Shown here in pieces: positions 59,193 through 64,000 of a stretch of DNA of 64,000 nucleotides. A model generated the notes under the pieces. That model saw nothing but the letters and a program-made list of their open reading frames with translations, searched no databases and had not been told where the DNA came from. Source of the stretch: Vezdaea acicularis. Its lineage: Eukaryota. Position numbers and translations under genes: made by a program. The stretch lies in contig JAPEUI010000009.1 in assembly GCA_026025075.1 (NCBI GenBank), positions 62,001 through 126,000 on the forward strand. Direction: 5' to 3'. Within the stretch, counting starts at the first letter, position 1. The number at the start of each line of letters is the position of its first letter.

Positions 59193-61475
59193 GGCTGAAG
59201 TTCGACTGTTTATTAACGATGATGATTGAGGATGGTCAAAAAACGGGTGATATTATGGCAGCCCCCAACATAAGAATTGATAGAACAACGAAGGAAATAT
59301 CGAGAAGGACGGGATGAGTAGTATCTAATTTAGACTAGGCTCATCACGACAGGTAAAGAGAAACTAAGGTTGCCAGGCTGGACCGCAGCTAGCTTAGTGG
59401 ATCTTATACAAGCCAACGCGAAGTAGATAAGTCGGAGAACAGATGGCGAATGACTAGGGACATGGGGCGCAGCTTGCAAATGCTGCAGAGAAGGGTCGAA
59501 GACGTTTGAGAATGCGAAGGTCTTCTCAAGAGATCCAACATTGGTCCGATGACTGCCTTACATGTGTGACTTACTCTTTCAAGCATCGGATTTCCGAAGG
59601 AGTACAGCCAGGCGTTTTATGACACGACCTGTGGAAAGGCAGCCCAGATACTATTCCGGGCTCATGTCGCCCAGACACTGGCAGATATTGGGTATTCTCC
59701 ATCATTGAAGGCTGAAGATGTTCAAGGTACACAGCGCCCGCTGCGGGCGAATCCCAAGGGCAGGGCTTAGCAGTGGTGTCGCGCCAAGGAGAGTACCTAT
59801 CGAGCGACGGCAATTTCCGTCAAGTTCTTCACCACCAAGCTCCGGACTTGGGAAAACACGCCTACCAAGGCAGTGCTTCGACCACCACAAGTCTTTTCAG
59901 ATTAGCGTCACAATGGCACAATTGACCCTTGTTCTGCCCCGAGGAATCCAAGACGTGGAGAAAACCGGTGAGTAATGGAAACCCGCCGCATCACGAGGAC
60001 TTGACATGATTGGAGCTGGGCTATTTCGCCTCTATCGCATGAGCCATGCCCTCTCTCCTGTGGAAATTTAGTCTCCAAGTTGGTGGCGCGAGATGCAGGT
60101 GAAAACAACAGAGAATACGATTTATGAACGTCATGAGGGCATACCAGGGATCATACGATCGATCTTCATAGATCTGAAAAGTTGGTGCTCACCATAGCTC
60201 ATATGAAAAGCGGAAGGAGTAACTTCCGGAAGTAAATGAGAAGGTCATACAGTGAAAACATCAGAACGCAGTGAGATGATGAATGACAGATGCTTGCATG
60301 CGGCGAGGAGCCCTCGCGCTTACCGAAAGAAAACGAGGTGAAGCTGCAAGTGACACGATCTCGAGTTGTCTGAGACGGTGAAGGCGAAGTCGAGAGCTAG
60401 ATGCACGCTTCCGGAGACAGCCAGCCTTCCTGGACATCTTGCCAGCCACCAGGAACAGATGAGGGTATTGATATTGGCGATGGGTTCAAGGCAGACGGCG
60501 ATGCCACGGCGTATCCCGTTATTGGTGTGTCGCGTGCGCTGGTCGGCTCTCGCTTGCGAGGGCTCATGTGGGAATTGCCGTAAATAGCAAAAGCTTGGCA
60601 ACTGCGGTTAACTAGCGCGAAGCCACCGCCTCGCGCAAAATTCCGTGTCAGAACCTTGAGGCTTTGGCGCGCTACCAGAACTAAAATGGTCCACTCTGGT
60701 AGGCTTGTGCGGTGCGCCCAACTAAGTTAAGGTTCTTATGCAAGAATGGAATCCAAAACGGACGCTTCTGTTATCGATCCCGTCCTAGCACGTTTGACGG
60801 TTAAGGATCCGAATTAGTGCGTGCTAGACCAGGTGCTGACGGCAGGTAATACCAACCAATGCGAGGACCCGTGTAATTTGGTACTCCCAACTTTCACGGA
60901 GCGTTGTGCCTTACGAACGATGTGCCTTGCAAGCGCGCTGGGCGGCTGGACGCTCTATGCCCGTTAATCATGTCGACCGCCATGTTGGTACCGCTCTCTC
61001 GCATAGCCCTATTTCGCCAAGCAGGAGGTTTTGGTGACATTCAGTGTAGCCTTCACGGCGCTGTCAAAATGCGGGCCAAAAGCGAGCATGTGTTTCCTTA
61101 ATTGGACCCCCAAGGCTGTCCGGACTGTGCCCTAAGCGGAAGTCGGATTGACTGCTGGCTCCCGTCCGCGACCTTGCGTCTTGGCGTTCGAGCTGTGACT
61201 AACGGAAGGGAGGCTTACACACTGCTAGTGAACGACTAAGCTCCGCCTCGGTGCGAAGTGCAAGGTCATGCCTTGCTTGGTCGTGTCACTATGTTTTGAA
61301 AATTACTCGAAGCTCTGTATGACCGTTAGCAATATATAAGGTATCATGACGCCCTATCCAACATCTCTTTACTCACCAGCAACATCATCTTCCAGCACAA
61401 TAAGCCATCCAGCTCTCATCAGACCAGTTTTCAAGCCTTTGCTTTCAAGCTCCTTCATATCCTCCAAGACTCAAG

Positions 61476-62263
61476 ATGCTCTTCCCAGCTTCGCTTCTTG
61501 CCCTTGCGGCCACTCTCTTCGCTACCTCCTCGTTGGGTGCTCCACAGCTTGAACGTCGCACTTCGCCAGGCGTCTCAACCAACCAAACTCTTATCAACGA
61601 GCTTGAACTTGCTCCTACGGGCCGTGATCGCATCGATCTACTCCCCAATGACTTAGACTTCGTCTATGATTTCAACTTGCCTCCCACTCAGCAATTTAAC
61701 TCCACTGGCAAAGGTAAGCAGTTCTTCCGATACCGAGAATGTTTTGCAGTAACTCACAAGACCTCTTAGGTGGATCCACCATCGCTGCCAACCGCAAGAC
61801 ATTCCCAGCTCTTATCGGAACCGGCTCATCAATGACAGTCGGCTTCATGCACCCATGCGGGATGAATACCCCTCATACACACCCTCGCGGCACAGAGCTC
61901 AACATTGTCGTGCAAGGCGCACTTACCACCGCCATGGTCCTCGAAAATGGCGTCCGCGCTGTCATGACTAACACCACGCTTTATCAAATGACGGTGTTCC
62001 CTCAAGGCGCGCTCCACATGGAGTTCAACCCACTGTGTACACCCACGGTATTCATCGCAGGTTTCAACAATGAAGATGCAGGCACGCAGCAGACATTGGA
62101 CGCATTCGTGAAGCTGCCCACTAATGTCATCGAGGCCGCTTTTGGTGGCGAGCAAACCCTGCCTGGAGCCGACATCGACAAGTTCAAGACAATGATCCCG
62201 GCCAATATCGCCCTGGGCGTAGAGGAGTGCTTGGCTAGGTGCAATATTCCTAAGAATAAGTAA
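61476..62263 (+). CDS. Secreted germin/spherulin-like cupin; intron 61713-61769
   Basis: Signal peptide MLFPASLLALAATLFATSSLG followed by LERR. DFVYDF, germin box CGMNTPHTHPRGTE and VFPQGALHMEFN. Confidence 0.9.
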
Positions 62264-62492
62264 TTTTGGATTAGCATGTTGTCCTTTGCATATGTATTCT
62301 TTCTGGGGCCTATCTTTCCGATCATGAGATGTTGGCTTAGCGAGCATCTTCACCCTCATTCAGATCATCGTTCTGGCGCTTTGCAGGTTCCGGCGCATAT
62401 TAGAACGGAATATGATTAATTTTACACTTATTTGCACAAATTGCTCTCATCGACAGGTGAACTCCACAAGTACAGCTAAACAATCATCGAGT

Positions 62493-63761
62493 CTAAAAGA
62501 CGCTGATGTAATTTCCAATCCGCTCTTTCTGGTTTTGTGCAATACACTCTGCAATCCACGTGATATTGCGGATTTCCTATGATCATTAGACTCGCACTCT
62601 GCTTATAAATAAATTACTCACTTGTTCTCTGAGCTTGACCCATGCGTACACCACGGCATACGTAAATTGTCGCGTGAAAGCCATTTTCGAAATCTCCATC
62701 TCCTTCTGGTAGAACATGTCTTCCAAACTCTTCTCATTCCCGCCAGTACCACCAGCCATATTTCCCGGGCCCGAGCTCCCTAGACCACCACCTTGCCCGA
62801 GCCCTGTAGCGTCGAAATAGGTCTTGTAGTCATTAATTCCGTCTATCGCGATTCGTACGCCCTCAATATCATCTGCTCTTGACAGCATCAGTGTCCCTTC
62901 AGGATAAAGCCTTCCAAAGTTTGGGTAAAGCTTTTTCCGATCTGCTCTCGAGAGCTCTGTGCCAAACGAGTTAAGAGTGATATTGATAGACCTCCTATCA
63001 GCTTCAAACTCTAATACCTCTGACATCACCTCGGCTGTCGGCGTCCCTGCAAGATCTGGGTTGTTGTTACAGAAGTGATAGAAATCTTCCAGGTAATTCT
63101 TATACAACGTATTTCGAATGATTTCGATATTGAGTTCGTCAAGGTCTTGTGAGCTCAGAGAGCCTTTGAAATAAGGCGCTAGTGGTGTCTCCACTAAGAC
63201 TGAGTTGTAAAGCTCTTCAATATTCGTGGCAACACATAGGACTGGCATTGTCTCGAACCAACCAAGAGGGTGGCACCTTTCTAGTAGTTCTCGAGTATCC
63301 CGCTCATGAAGTGTGCCTGTGATAAGAAGCGCAACATTGTCGATCATGTATCCATACGTGAGATACTCCATAAACTTTGAGAGAGAGCCGACTGCGTTAG
63401 CTTGTAAATAACGGAATTCGGAGATGAGCTTTTCGGTGGTCTTATTGGCGAGAGAGGATGTTGACGGGTTTGGAGGTAGCGCGGCCAGAAAGTCACCATA
63501 CGCAGGTGAGAGCTGAATACGAAGGTCTAAACCGTTAACTCTGGAGAACTCAAGGATGCTCTCTTATTCAGACCTACCGTCTATCGTCTCACATTGTGTA
63601 AGTGTCCCATAATTCTGGCCAGTCAGAAGACTATTTCGATACCCCCGCACGATTCCTTCAACGTATCTAGGACCTCGGTGTTAGCTACTTTATAGTCCTT
63701 ATGATAAATTCTCCTGGATATCTCCGCACCCATTATTAACGTTAAAGAAAAGGCCCTCCAT
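62493..63761 (-). CDS. VMA6: V-type ATPase V0 subunit d; 3 introns
   Basis: MEGLFFNVNNG|YVEGIVRGYRNSLL, YMIDNVALLITGTLHERD, CHPLG, EFEADRRSINITLNSFGTEL and KLREQ|EIRNITWIAECIAQNQK...YISVF*. Confidence 0.96.
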
Positions 63762-64000
63762 ATCGAATTTCAAGCTTACGAATGACCTTTCAGATACTAT
63801 ACGCGAGTGGGAAGCTCTGTCGTCGTCAGTGAGGGCCGTTGGTGTTAGGAAATTTACACGTGATTGGTCCAGGCTATTTGCTAGCGTCTCACACCCACCG
63901 CCAGAAAATTTCGCGAACTTTAGGTATTGCTTGTACCTTAGGTGAACCCAGAACTTCACAATTCGGTCCTTGTGGCACTCTTGTTAGCCTCATGCTGGAA

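Noticed and set aside
59193..61475. Short ORFs and possible iron/copper regulator sites in the long FRE-cupin spacer
   Set aside because: No recognisable protein. I saw no convincing SreA (ATCWGATAA) or paired Mac1 sites.
63857..63867. CACGTG E-box abutting a CCAAT box upstream of VMA6
   Set aside because: A single short motif that cannot be distinguished from chance without conservation data.

Overview
This is a gene-dense, intron-bearing eukaryotic segment from a filamentous ascomycete (Pezizomycotina inferred from protein families, 45-200 nt introns and CTRAY branch sites). I can support about 26 protein-coding genes, mostly housekeeping: SSR4, ARL8, RPA135, 5'-nucleotidase, COG4, MCM4, APN1, SUA5, RAD21, PMR1, PIG-H, PUS3/DEG1, a COG7-like gene, HUB1, PRS5-like and VMA6. 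Accessory or poorly characterised genes include an intronless WRYAK-type iron lipoxygenase, a His-box desaturase-like protein, an SDR, a PARP-domain/UBE2Q-type E2 fusion, an atypical Rho-like GTPase, a DxD glycosyltransferase-like protein, a ferric reductase and a secreted germin/spherulin cupin. I found no tRNA, rRNA, CRISPR or autonomous transposon. The most notable items are the PARP-E2 fusion, a ~500 bp foldback-like repeat structure beside the lipoxygenase, an apparently degenerate separase site in Rad21, a 3 x 90 bp coding repeat in APN1, a GC-AG intron and a duplicated degenerate coding fragment near 40.1-40.7 kb. Family assignments come from motif recognition only; no database searches were run.
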